A stretch of 64,000 bases of DNA from positions 608,001 to 672,000 of the forward strand of contig CBDFIJ010000004.1 of the NCBI GenBank assembly GCA_965248055.1. Direction: 5' to 3'. The stretch comes from Candidatus Multivoradales bacterium. GTDB taxonomy: Bacteria; Acidobacteriota; Thermoanaerobaculia; Multivoradales; JAHEKO01. Both the position numbers and the translations under genes were made by a program. The notes under the pieces were generated by a model, which did not search any database, was not told where the DNA came from, and saw only the letters and a list, made by a program, of their open reading frames with translations. Below are positions 1-9,820 of the stretch, piece after piece; position 1 is the first letter of the stretch; each line of letters opens with the position of its first letter.

Positions 1-717
1 TCGTGGCAGATAGCTCTCCGGTTGAGCAAATAGCGCCTGCGACACCCAAGCTGCGCTATAAACCTGTTTCTCAGTGTAGTCATAGATCGGGGCGCCGATG
101 CTGAGTCCGTCAAAATCTTCGGGGTATCTTTGCGCCTCGATCAAGCCCTGCCGACCGCCAGTCGAACAACCTCGAAAATAGGATTTCCTCGGTGCCAGTC
201 CGTAGTGTTTCTCGATCATCTGTTTTGTTGCCTGCGCCGAAACATGCACCGCACGATAGGCAAAGTCGATCTCAGCCTGTCGGTTGTTGAAAGCAAAGGT
301 CGGCGAAGGCCCCCGATGCCCAGTGTCGGTTGAGGCCGTCGCGTAACCACGCTTTAAGCCGTTCGACTGATCGAAAAACGCACCTTGGTACCCTCCGTTC
401 CCGACCATGTAGAACTTGCCATTCCACTGGGTCGGCAAACGTAGCTCGAAACCCACTGTTGACCCCACCCGCCCTTCGATTTGGCAGTGTTGCGGCAGTT
501 CGCCTGTCATAGCGACCAACTCCGCACTCAGAACTGAAACCGTTTCGTGGTCCCATGCCAGCCATTGAACACACTTCTGTTTTGGGTTCGGATCTGCGAT
601 GACAACTTGAGTAGCGGCGAGAACCGCAAGGACACAAATACAAGCGGGCGCCCATCCGATTCGAGCCGGAGGATCTTGTTTCGACTTCGAGTACTGCAGA
701 GTTCGTCTTTGAATCAA
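1..717 (-). CDS. Tannase/feruloyl esterase family alpha/beta hydrolase, secreted (partial, runs off the left edge)
   Basis: Manual translation (absent from ORF track): signal-like ACICVLAVLAATQVVIA, then FELRLPTQWNGKFYMVGNGG, GYATASTDTGH, IDFAYRAVH and YFRGCSTGGRQGLIEAQRYPEDFDG (nucleophile GCSxGG). Probable TTG start overlaps the upstream TGA. Confidence 0.9.
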   Translation of the reverse strand, partial: MIQRRTLQYSKSKQDPPARIGWAPACICVLAVLAATQVVIADPNPKQKCVQWLAWDHETVSVLSAELVAMTGELPQHCQIEGRVGSTVGFELRLPTQWNGKFYMVGNGGYQGAFFDQSNGLKRGYATASTDTGHRGPSPTFAFNNRQAEIDFAYRAVHVSAQATKQMIEKHYGLAPRKSYFRGCSTGGRQGLIEAQRYPEDFDGLSIGAPIYDYTEKQVYSAAWVSQALFAQPESYLPR

Positions 718-2627
718 GACATTCGTGGTTCGCCACGCCCGATAGAAAATGCGGGATGCCATTTCGAGCCAGCTCCCCAAAAACGATCTTGGATGTGAAC
801 ATCGAGTACATATGGGTGGCCGGAATCAACGATCTGTAAGCAACGTTCCATCGCCTGGTTCAATCTTGCCGGATCTTGGACCATCTCGCCGTCGACTCCG
901 TACCCTTGAGCAATCTTGATGTTGTCGATTTCCGGCTCCCCGAGATAACTGCCGATGTACTTCCCGGTCTCGGCGGCTCGCCCACCGTATTTGTGTAACG
1001 CAAGGCGGTTCGCTTGATACCCGTGATTGTTAAAAATGACGACTGCGATCGGCACTTGATAGCGGGCGGCACTCCACAGAGCCTGTACCCCGAACTGAAA
1101 ACTTCCATCGCCAAGCAACAGCGCCACCTGACGGTCGGGATAGCCGATTTTGCTACCGATCGCGGCGCCGATCCCCCAACCCAAAACCCCCCCAGCAGAC
1201 GTCACGTGAAGACGGCCACCGCCCGACTGATCGAAGTCCAAGTAATTCCACAGGTTGAAATCGGAGGTCGCAAGTTCGCTGACAACTACCGCCTCAGGAT
1301 CCAACTTACGATTCAGCTCGACGGTGAGTCGCTCCGGCGCTACAGGAGACTGATCCCAGACCTTGCTCGCGGCATCTGTCAGCCGTTGGCGACGCTGGTG
1401 ATGATGGGCTACGACAGCCTCGCGCCGCGCATCAATTTTGTCGGTCGGCAGTGTCCGGCCGCGCAACTCCTCCAAAACACTCCGCAGAGTGGTACTCGCG
1501 TGCCCAGTAATCCCCAGGTCTACCGGATAATTGCGCGCTACTTGGTTGCCGTCAATACTGCTGTGAATGGTTATCGTTTGTCGATCAACAAGAGGTTGAG
1601 ACGGAGGGTTGAAGAGCGTAAACATAGTGCCACCAACCGACCAATAGAGGTCTGTACGCTGAGGAAACTCCTTCTCAAGGGTAAATAGCCCTCCGTACTG
1701 CGGGTGTGTCGTCGGCAGGCTGACCGGTGCATGAACCGCAGGTACATCCCCCATCAGGGGAGCCCCTAGTAACTCTGCGATCTGCACCAATTCGGGTACT
1801 CCACCGTGCAAACTCAGCTCGCGCCCGGCAACCAGTAACGGAGATTCTGATTTCACCAGCAAATCGACCAAAGCACTAACCGTCGCGGAATCAGGTTTCC
1901 ATTCAACGTCAACTTGTGACCTGGAAACCGGCAAGATCTCCGCTTCCGCTATTTCTTGTTCGACCAGGTCTTTAGAAATACTTAAGAAAGTAGGGCCGCC
2001 TGGCGGAACTTGCGATACCAAGAATGCGCGTCGCAAAGCTTCAGCGATCTTGTCTGCCCGCAATAAATCCCAGCTCCAGCGAGTGTAATCGGCGGGCAGG
2101 TCGTGGAGACGCGGCGCTTCAAGAAACGCATTGCGCCCCCGGATTTGTGTACTCTGCCGACCCACGGTGACCACCAACGGGATGCGATCTTTGAACGCAT
2201 TAACCATTGATCCGAGCGCATAGGCGGTACCAGCCAGCGAGTGGATGTTGACAAAAGCGGGCTTCCCTTGGCTGCGGGCATAGCCGTCCGCCATAGCCAC
2301 AACGGACCCCTCGTGGATGCCGAACACGTACTGTAAATCGGTTCGATCTACCAACGCGTCGAGGAAACCCACCTCTTCCGAGCCACCCAGACCAAAGACG
2401 TAGGAGATCTCCCAATCTCTAAGAAACTCCGCCATCACCTCACCACCCGTGAGATTGCGAACGGTTCTACCCCGAGCAGGTTGACTCTGCAACGCCGGCG
2501 CCTCGACGCTACCCAAAAGAGACAGCGCCGCGGGAGCGGTCAAACCACTAGCGACGGCCTGAGAGATAAAGCTGCGACGCGAGATCTCACCTTCGAGGAG
2601 CGCTCGAACCGATTCCCGGGTGGTCAT
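714..2627 (-). CDS. ThDP-dependent enzyme, benzoylformate decarboxylase-like, with twin-arginine signal
   Basis: GIHEGSVVAMADGYAR, GDGSFQF...NN ThDP motif; N-terminal SRRSF followed by a hydrophobic stretch; start placed at ATG 2627. Confidence 0.85.
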   Translation of the reverse strand: MTTRESVRALLEGEISRRSFISQAVASGLTAPAALSLLGSVEAPALQSQPARGRTVRNLTGGEVMAEFLRDWEISYVFGLGGSEEVGFLDALVDRTDLQYVFGIHEGSVVAMADGYARSQGKPAFVNIHSLAGTAYALGSMVNAFKDRIPLVVTVGRQSTQIRGRNAFLEAPRLHDLPADYTRWSWDLLRADKIAEALRRAFLVSQVPPGGPTFLSISKDLVEQEIAEAEILPVSRSQVDVEWKPDSATVSALVDLLVKSESPLLVAGRELSLHGGVPELVQIAELLGAPLMGDVPAVHAPVSLPTTHPQYGGLFTLEKEFPQRTDLYWSVGGTMFTLFNPPSQPLVDRQTITIHSSIDGNQVARNYPVDLGITGHASTTLRSVLEELRGRTLPTDKIDARREAVVAHHHQRRQRLTDAASKVWDQSPVAPERLTVELNRKLDPEAVVVSELATSDFNLWNYLDFDQSGGGRLHVTSAGGVLGWGIGAAIGSKIGYPDRQVALLLGDGSFQFGVQALWSAARYQVPIAVVIFNNHGYQANRLALHKYGGRAAETGKYIGSYLGEPEIDNIKIAQGYGVDGEMVQDPARLNQAMERCLQIVDSGHPYVLDVHIQDRFWGAGSKWHPAFSIGRGEPRMS

Positions 2628-2754
2628 CACGCGACTCGAATGTATTTCTGCTTCTGCATCAAACTCCCTCAACCTTTCTAGCCTCGGTAGCTTCCGTCGG
2701 ACGCAACTGCTCTACCTACGCAAACCACGTCGGCGCGGCCCAGACTCCGGCCCT

Positions 2755-5229
2755 TTAGAAATTCTTCACCAGCGTAACCCCAAAGGTCCGCGGTGGGAGG
2801 TAGCTTCCAAGCAATAATTCCTGCCTTCCCGGTCCGGGGCGTAGTCCGACTACCTGCGGTGGTGTCAGGAGATTGTTAGGGGTTGTGAACTGCGCACCCA
2901 GAATGTCGTCGTCTTCGAGGTTGTTCACCCACGCCTCGATGCTCCAATTCTTGGCGCTCAAGTAGGTGAGTCGCAAATCGGTTCGGGTGTAGCTGTCCTG
3001 TAAGTTCTGTGGATTGTTGAACGGCAATAAGTAGTAATCATCTTCCCAATGAAAGTTGACTCGTGGAGTCAAACTAGCCCCGTTGTCGAAATACCACGCG
3101 TAGGCATCTAGGCCAACGTTGATCGAAAACTCCGGCGCTTTTGGCAATTTATTACCTGCCAAATCTCGGGGCTGCTGGCCAGGAGATTGGGGATCGTCAA
3201 CATCGGCAAACTGGTCGTACTCTGCGTTCAAGACAGCCAGCGTAAGGTCTAGCCTGGTGCGATTGTTCGGCAACCAATTGGTCACCAATTCCGCACCCTG
3301 GATAGTAGATTTTCCAGCATTTAGCGTAATGATTTGAGCACTGACAACCTGACTCACCTGCTGATCGGTAAAGTCATAAAGAAAGACACTGAAGTCGGTC
3401 TGCAACCTGCGGTTTTCACTGATCCCCTTGGCCCCGAATTCGTAAGACAGCAGCTCTTCTGGATCGTAAGTGTTGGCGTCATTAAAGCCACCTGCTCGAT
3501 ATCCCGTACCGGCTGATCCGTAGACCAGCCAACGGTTATTTGGCCGCCAATCTAATCCAAATTTCCAGGTAGTTTTGTTCCAACTATCCGCTTGGTTGCG
3601 AGCTTGGCAACGATAAATGGTAATCGCGCCGCCGATACATACCGGAGCCACCCCGGGTGCAACACCGGTCGGACCACTATCTACGGCTCTCGGCGCAGTC
3701 AACGGAGCCAACGTAAATCCTACGTAAGAGCCGTTGCCGTCGTCTTTCTCATCATCGGTAAAGCGCACCCCAGCAGTGACACTGAACTGATCCGTTGATC
3801 CAAAGGCCAAAGTGCCCTGCCCGAAGAAAGCTTTGGATTCCTGAGTCTGGTCGTCAAAGCGGTTGACTCGCACCGCCGGCTGACCACCCAAGAGTGGCGG
3901 CGGGGCGCCTAGCAGAGGAGCGATAAAGCCGGTACCGGACAGCCCCTCGACAAAGGCATCGAATTCAGTATCTTGTTCTTCTTTAAAATAGTAGGCGCCG
4001 GCAATCCAGTTGAACAAGCTGGCACCGCTAGACGCCAGCCGGGTTTCAAAAGACACCGACTTGGAATCCACATCGGTCACCGCGAAGTTGCCGACTGTGG
4101 GATTTGCGCGAGCGATACAACCTGCGGTGAACGGTCCGCTGAAGCGGCATAAGTCTTCGGCACGAGGCACCACCGAAGTACCATCCCGATCAACGACTCC
4201 AGCCCTTTGATTACTTCTAAAACCTAGAATCGACGTCCATGTCGTGGTGCCCAAATCCCATTCGACCTCGGCTTTAATGCCGCTGTCATTGTTGTCGGTC
4301 TCGGCATTGGTGTTCAGCGGAAAATTTTGCGGATCTATAGAAAATGGATACCGAAATGGGGTCGGATCGTCGGGTCTGCCAAACGGAATTGCTGCCATTA
4401 CGGTGCCATTGGGAGTCTGCTCAAAATAGTCTGCTACCAGGGAAACGGTCACCTTTTCACTAGCATTCCAAAGCAAAGACCCTCGGGCAGCTAGCTCATC
4501 TCGATCGTCGCCGTCCGCAGCCGGACCGTTGTTTCGCAATCCATCTCTCTGAGCATAGAAAAAGGCAAACCGGCCCGCCAGCCGTTCATCGGCTAGAACG
4601 CCGTTGGTGACGCCTCGAAGTTCGAAAAGGCCCTCGCTGCCTGCACGAACCTCGACGCTATTTTTCTTTTCAAAAAGCGGCAGTTGCGGGACCACGCTAA
4701 TGGCTCCCGAAGTGGTATTACGACCCCACAGTGTCCCTTGCGGACCCCGCAGCACTTCGACACGAGCCAAGTCATACAGCAACGCGTTACCACTGCTGAT
4801 CCGTGGCAGGTAGACACCTCCCTGATAAACCGCAATCGACGGGTCACCATCATTGGTGATGGCGTCATTGGAGATTCCTCGGATGGTGAACTGAGCACCA
4901 CCAAAACCCAAGTTGAGATCGCCGAACTTGAAATTGGGGACCGCAGAAACCAGATCCTCTGCTTTCTGGATGCCGTTTCTGTCCAAAGCATGCTGGTCAA
5001 ATGCGGAAACCGCCAACGGAGTCTCTAACACCGTTGATTCCCGCTTCTCGGCAGTCACCGTAATCTCCTCGATGATCGTGCCTCCCTCCGGTTCGACTTT
5101 CTCGGCGGACTCAGCTGCCTCCCCATCGCCAGCCTCCTGTGCCATGACCCCACCTGGCAAGATCAACCACATCATGGCGCAAGCAGCAAAAAAGAACCGA
5201 AAACAACGACGGCAAAAGCAGATGGTCAT
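2755..5229 (-). CDS. TonB-dependent receptor
   Basis: TonB box EEITVTAEKR, plug RVEVLRGPQGTLWGRN, C-terminal F; GGAGG RBS before ATG 5229. Confidence 0.95.
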   Translation of the reverse strand: MTICFCRRCFRFFFAACAMMWLILPGGVMAQEAGDGEAAESAEKVEPEGGTIIEEITVTAEKRESTVLETPLAVSAFDQHALDRNGIQKAEDLVSAVPNFKFGDLNLGFGGAQFTIRGISNDAITNDGDPSIAVYQGGVYLPRISSGNALLYDLARVEVLRGPQGTLWGRNTTSGAISVVPQLPLFEKKNSVEVRAGSEGLFELRGVTNGVLADERLAGRFAFFYAQRDGLRNNGPAADGDDRDELAARGSLLWNASEKVTVSLVADYFEQTPNGTVMAAIPFGRPDDPTPFRYPFSIDPQNFPLNTNAETDNNDSGIKAEVEWDLGTTTWTSILGFRSNQRAGVVDRDGTSVVPRAEDLCRFSGPFTAGCIARANPTVGNFAVTDVDSKSVSFETRLASSGASLFNWIAGAYYFKEEQDTEFDAFVEGLSGTGFIAPLLGAPPPLLGGQPAVRVNRFDDQTQESKAFFGQGTLAFGSTDQFSVTAGVRFTDDEKDDGNGSYVGFTLAPLTAPRAVDSGPTGVAPGVAPVCIGGAITIYRCQARNQADSWNKTTWKFGLDWRPNNRWLVYGSAGTGYRAGGFNDANTYDPEELLSYEFGAKGISENRRLQTDFSVFLYDFTDQQVSQVVSAQIITLNAGKSTIQGAELVTNWLPNNRTRLDLTLAVLNAEYDQFADVDDPQSPGQQPRDLAGNKLPKAPEFSINVGLDAYAWYFDNGASLTPRVNFHWEDDYYLLPFNNPQNLQDSYTRTDLRLTYLSAKNWSIEAWVNNLEDDDILGAQFTTPNNLLTPPQVVGLRPGPGRQELLLGSYLPPRTFGVTLVKNF

Positions 5230-5364
5230 CGAGACCCTCCTTGGCGTTTGGGGATTTCTTTCAAATACGCCGACACATCGCCGAGCGCATAGCTTCGTTT
5301 GAGTATCAACCAACCATATTTCTTCTTGAGGCTGGGAGCGTTGCAATTGGAATACATCGAGTGA

Positions 5365-6540
5365 CTAGGGCAAATGGATTCGGGTCGGATACGCGTCTCG
5401 CAGCGCTGCGTGCAAGAAACAAGTCTGTTCGCCCATAAAGGCAATCTGTTGCGCGACCTCGTCCGATTCATCCAAGGTTAGGTAGAGAGAGGTGTCAACC
5501 GGATCTGCAGCGGCCTGGCCGCCAGGTTCGGCTCTGGTGAAGTTGTTGTCTTGCACTATTCTGTAGGTATCGAGTGCACGTTTGGTAATTTGGGCGTAGC
5601 GGCCGATCTGGGTCATGAAACAAAAACCGATACCAGCCGACAGGTAACCTAGAGCAGGTGGAGCTTGCTGTTCGCCGCCGTCTTCACACAGCAAGCGAAA
5701 GCTACTGCCGATTGGTTGCAATAAGCGAACTTGAATCTCTTTGAGGGTCGACGTCAGCATCCTGGCCTCACCCCGTACATGCAAGTCCCTTTTCTGCACC
5801 GCCTGCAGACTGGACCCCGCACCACCGGCCACCCCTTCGAGTACTTCGGCCTCAGACAACTTAGCAATGATGCCATCGGCAAATTCACCGTTTGCCGGTT
5901 GAAGACTGTCAAAGCTAGTAGCGGAACCGTCGATTGGCTGTGGTGACGACCGAAGGGTTTGCAATGCCAACGCCTGACCGTTTGCAGCCACCGAAAAGGT
6001 GTTCTCAATACGATCACGCATGTAGGCCTCAGCCGGAGAGGCCGCAAGGCCCAAGTCGAGGATCTGAGCGATCTGCTCCCTGGCTGCATCCGCTTCGATC
6101 GCCACTGTCAGGTCGATCGACTTCGCACCCCCGACCATATTGCCGCGTAGCGCTGAACCTTGCATCGTGTAGTAGTGATCTGAGCTGACAGCGAAATCTC
6201 CAACCTCAGTGCCCTGAGCTGCCGCATGCGCCAACACTTCGGTCATGAACGAAAAAACCACTCCCGCCGTGTAAAACGCAAGCGGAAATGGCGCTAGATC
6301 AGTACCGTTGAGATAGGGACCCTCATCGCTCACCATGCGCCAGGTCGAGCCATCGGGACCGTGGTGCACCAAAGCCTCCTTCTGCATGCCCTCCAAGGCT
6401 CGGACCTCTGAGCGCACATGCAAGCGACCCGGAGACTCCATCTTTGGTAATCCACGGTGATCCCTTAACTTGAAAGAGAGCGGACCACCAATGCTCTCAA
6501 TGGAAGGCACGATTTGGTCACCAGTTCTACTACCTGTCAT
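5365..6540 (-). CDS. Tandem OsmC-like domain protein
   Basis: Two related halves (SDEG...APFPLAFYTAG and CEDG...APPALGYLSAGIGFC); second half has both Cys (FCFM, QTCF). Confidence 0.7.
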   Translation of the reverse strand: MTGSRTGDQIVPSIESIGGPLSFKLRDHRGLPKMESPGRLHVRSEVRALEGMQKEALVHHGPDGSTWRMVSDEGPYLNGTDLAPFPLAFYTAGVVFSFMTEVLAHAAAQGTEVGDFAVSSDHYYTMQGSALRGNMVGGAKSIDLTVAIEADAAREQIAQILDLGLAASPAEAYMRDRIENTFSVAANGQALALQTLRSSPQPIDGSATSFDSLQPANGEFADGIIAKLSEAEVLEGVAGGAGSSLQAVQKRDLHVRGEARMLTSTLKEIQVRLLQPIGSSFRLLCEDGGEQQAPPALGYLSAGIGFCFMTQIGRYAQITKRALDTYRIVQDNNFTRAEPGGQAAADPVDTSLYLTLDESDEVAQQIAFMGEQTCFLHAALRDAYPTRIHLP

Positions 6541-6842
6541 TATCCCTTCTCTTTCAGCTCAATACGTTCGTCCAAAAGGTAAGGATCGCTCTCGTTGTAT
6601 CGACCCCCGGCGATCTCCCGCTGAAGTTCCATGACCGAATTGGGAAATAGCCAAAACAGAAACATAGATCCAGCAGGGATACCGAACCACGCCGACGACG
6701 CTTGTCCGTCAGAACCAAGCTCGACTCTAGGAATGACAAATAGACTGAGGGGGAAACCTAGTGACTTGAGGCATCGAAGACAAACCGCCAATTTCGTGAA
6801 TACAACCACGAAACCACGCCGAACTACTTCAGGAGCCATCAA
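6540..6842 (-). CDS. Hypothetical small protein (doubtful)
   Basis: Stop overlaps the OsmC-like start (TAATG); no recognisable motif. Confidence 0.25.
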   Translation of the reverse strand: MMAPEVVRRGFVVVFTKLAVCLRCLKSLGFPLSLFVIPRVELGSDGQASSAWFGIPAGSMFLFWLFPNSVMELQREIAGGRYNESDPYLLDERIELKEKG

Positions 6843-7018
6843 ATTACCTACTTCCCCATGACTATCTAGGTTGAGGTCGTTTCTTGATTTTGGTGGTCAA
6901 AGACATAATATTTTTGGCAGCATACTCGCTGCTAATCGAAGGTGTCAAAACAGCCTGCCTTGAAAACCGGAGCCGTGACTTGAACCGGGGTCAGCCGCAT
7001 TGAGCCAATAGATGACAA

Positions 7019-7591
7019 TTATTCTGCTCCTTGCCAGCGTTCGAATAGATCCTTGTCGAGCTTGATATCCAATAAGTCCAAGACTCGATTTACCGTTTGA
7101 TCGACGATTGCCTCGATATTCTTCGGGCGATGGTAGAACGCGGGAGTCGGTGGGACAATCGTGGCTCCCAGCTCCGCCGCTTGCGCCATTAGACGCAGGT
7201 GCCCCAAATGAAGCGGCGTTTCACGAACCACTAGAACCAAGTTGCGCTTCTCCTTGAGGGTCACGTCAGCCGCTCGAACCAAGAGGTTCTGCGAGAAACT
7301 GTTGGCGATTCCCGATAGGGTCTTGACTGTGCACGGAATCACCACCATACCTAAGGTCTTAAACGAACCCGATGAAATCGAAGCGGCGATATCGCTAGGA
7401 GCGTGCGAGTAGTCAGCTAGAGCGGCGACTTCCTCCACTTTTCGATCCGTCTCCAACAAAATCGTACGCTTCGCCGAGGGGCTGATCACCAAGTGCGTCT
7501 CTATTTCGCCAACCTTCCCCAACACTTCCAGTAGCCGAATACCATAGATCGCTCCAGTCGCTCCAGAGATGCCGACGACAAGTCTCCTCAA
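7019..7591 (-). CDS. ubiX: Flavin prenyltransferase UbiX
   Basis: VVGISGATGAIYG, ISSGSF, RAADVTLKEKR, RETPL, PAFYHRP. Confidence 0.97.
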   Translation of the reverse strand: MRRLVVGISGATGAIYGIRLLEVLGKVGEIETHLVISPSAKRTILLETDRKVEEVAALADYSHAPSDIAASISSGSFKTLGMVVIPCTVKTLSGIANSFSQNLLVRAADVTLKEKRNLVLVVRETPLHLGHLRLMAQAAELGATIVPPTPAFYHRPKNIEAIVDQTVNRVLDLLDIKLDKDLFERWQGAE

Positions 7592-7653
7592 GGCTGCACC
7601 CCATTTCCTTTCCGAACTTGCCGGCTCGGCATTCTCAAATCTATACTTCGCAA

Positions 7654-8382
7654 TTAACCAATCTCATAGTCCTGACTTGCAACCAATACATGATGGCTGT
7701 ATTCAGCGAACAAGTTGGGCCACCATCTCATCCCCTGCTCCAGGAACCAACGCCGAATCGGTCCCCCAGCCAAGGGATTCTTGAGTGCAGCCCGGGTTTC
7801 GACCAACGTGAGCATTGGCGCCTCGGACTCCACCAAAGAAGAAAAATCCCTTGAATAGTCAAAGAAGCGAATGTGGAGTCCTTCCCCATCGTTAGTATGC
7901 AGCAGGTCTTTGCTTAGTCGCCCGCGTAGAAACGCCCATCGAAATTGCGCTTGAACCGCGTTGGGAAGGGTCACCAGCACTTTGCCGTTCGGCTTCAGCA
8001 CTCGAGCCGCTTCACGCAAGGCATGTCCAGGATCAAAGATGTGCTCAAGGCAACAGAGCATCGTCACCGCCTCTACGCTCGATTCTGCCAACGGAAACCG
8101 GTCTTTTGAAATATCGCAAGGGTGTACTTCTAAACCTTTCTCCGCTGCCCTCTGACGCGCACGATCTGAAACATCCAACCCCACAACCTGGCAACCCAAG
8201 TCGCGCACCAGCATCTCACCAAAAACGCCATCGCCACAGGCAGCGTCAAGAATGTGGCTCTCGGGAGTGATGTGGCCGGAAGCAAACGTCCATCGACTCC
8301 GCCAGCGCGATCGAAGAGTGGCGTACTGGGGCAACAACAGCTTCTGCTCCCAAACGCGATCGTAGTACTGCTCAATCATCAT
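7654..8382 (-). CDS. Class I SAM-dependent methyltransferase
   Basis: ILDAACGDG, VVGLDVS, LEHIFDP, RVLKPNG. Confidence 0.9.
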   Translation of the reverse strand: MMIEQYYDRVWEQKLLLPQYATLRSRWRSRWTFASGHITPESHILDAACGDGVFGEMLVRDLGCQVVGLDVSDRARQRAAEKGLEVHPCDISKDRFPLAESSVEAVTMLCCLEHIFDPGHALREAARVLKPNGKVLVTLPNAVQAQFRWAFLRGRLSKDLLHTNDGEGLHIRFFDYSRDFSSLVESEAPMLTLVETRAALKNPLAGGPIRRWFLEQGMRWWPNLFAEYSHHVLVASQDYEIG

Positions 8383-9820
8383 TTACGTCTTTCGTTAGAT
8401 GGCGTAGCCAGATCGAGCGCGCGCGACCGAGATCATCATCAGAAAACCCTGCAACCTTGGGAAAAGGTTGTCCATAAGGTCGACAAGCATCGATCAAGAG
8501 GCGCGAGTTCAAACCACCGCTGTCCGGTCCAACAGCAGGGTCCAACGGCCCTCCCCACGTGCCACGCACAATGTCGACATCCTTTTGCGGATCGGATCGT
8601 GTGGCCATCGCCCACAACACGGATTCCAGATCGGTAGCGTCGATATCTTCATCCACCGCGACCAGGTAGCGCCCCATATACGCACCTGCTGGCAGTGATG
8701 CGGCAGCCATGAGAACTTGTCGTGCGTGACCAGGATGGGTTTGGCGCACCGACACTACGATAAACAAACGCGTGCCCCCAGCTGGATGGCACCAGACTCC
8801 GTGGATCTCGCCAATCCCAGCGTCCTCGAGTTGTTGCCACAATTGAGCCGAGCGAGAGACAGCCCAAAAGGTGGTCAACTCTGAAGGCGGCCGCGACGTT
8901 GCAATAGCGAGGATGATGGGATTGTCGCGATGATAGATCGCCTGTACTTCGATTAGCGGCTCCTCGCGAGCGGTACGACTGTAATAGCCGCTCCACTCAC
9001 CGAACGGACCCTCCTCGGCCATACGGTTGGTCAGAACTTCCCCTTCGATCACCAATTCAGAGTGCGAGGGAACTGGCAGGCCATGAATCGGAGTCGCGAT
9101 GGTCTCCAACTGCTGGTTCATCATGCCACCCCAAACATCGTACTCGCAGACACCGTAGGGAACGTTGAGCCCGCTGACCATCACCAGCGATGGGTCGTGA
9201 CCAAATGACATCGCAATCGGCAACCTCTGAGTGTCGGCCTCGGCCTCGGCGAAATGACGACGTGAGTCTTTGCCGGCTGAAACCCGATAGAAGACATGTT
9301 TCTCATCATGCACCATGACACGAAAAGTACCCACGTTGACGGATCCATCTTTCGGAGAACGAGTGACACCCAGTGTGGCTGTTCCCAGATAGCGTCCGCC
9401 GTCGCCAGAGCGCCACTGCGGAGCAGGAAACGCCACCACGTTGACATGCTCACCATTAATCCTATTGTCCAAAACCGGCCCCGACTCAACGACTGTGTAT
9501 TCACGAGGTGGAATCTCACCTTGGCGCTGTTTCCACGCTCGCACCGTGTCCAACCCGTCGAGGCCTGGGGGAAGCCCTGCGCTGCGGGCAACACGGGTCG
9601 CTGAAGCAAGGCTGTTCACCAGTACCCGATGTCCCGCCGGGTAACCTGGAATATCGTCAAACAGCAATGCTGGCGGATGCGTTTTCCGACCCGCGATCTC
9701 CGCAACAGCACCCATTTCGACTTGCCACTGGACGCCGCGGAGCGTTTCCAATTCTCCGTCAGCGTCGGTATCTCTCAGCCACCGACGCAAGTCTTGTTTC
9801 ATCGCCGGATCAGGGGTCAA
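8372..9820 (-). CDS. UbiD-family prFMN-dependent decarboxylase (canonical motif)
   Basis: DLRRWL N-terminus, GGRYLGT, NVGTFR, EEGPFGEWSGYY, VDEDID...WAMATR. Confidence 0.93.
   Translation of the reverse strand: MTPDPAMKQDLRRWLRDTDADGELETLRGVQWQVEMGAVAEIAGRKTHPPALLFDDIPGYPAGHRVLVNSLASATRVARSAGLPPGLDGLDTVRAWKQRQGEIPPREYTVVESGPVLDNRINGEHVNVVAFPAPQWRSGDGGRYLGTATLGVTRSPKDGSVNVGTFRVMVHDEKHVFYRVSAGKDSRRHFAEAEADTQRLPIAMSFGHDPSLVMVSGLNVPYGVCEYDVWGGMMNQQLETIATPIHGLPVPSHSELVIEGEVLTNRMAEEGPFGEWSGYYSRTAREEPLIEVQAIYHRDNPIILAIATSRPPSELTTFWAVSRSAQLWQQLEDAGIGEIHGVWCHPAGGTRLFIVVSVRQTHPGHARQVLMAAASLPAGAYMGRYLVAVDEDIDATDLESVLWAMATRSDPQKDVDIVRGTWGGPLDPAVGPDSGGLNSRLLIDACRPYGQPFPKVAGFSDDDLGRARSIWLRHLTKDVNDD

Noticed and set aside
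272-829. 185-aa minus-strand ORF in the track
   Set aside because: Wrong frame; the real gene is the tannase-family frame at 1-717
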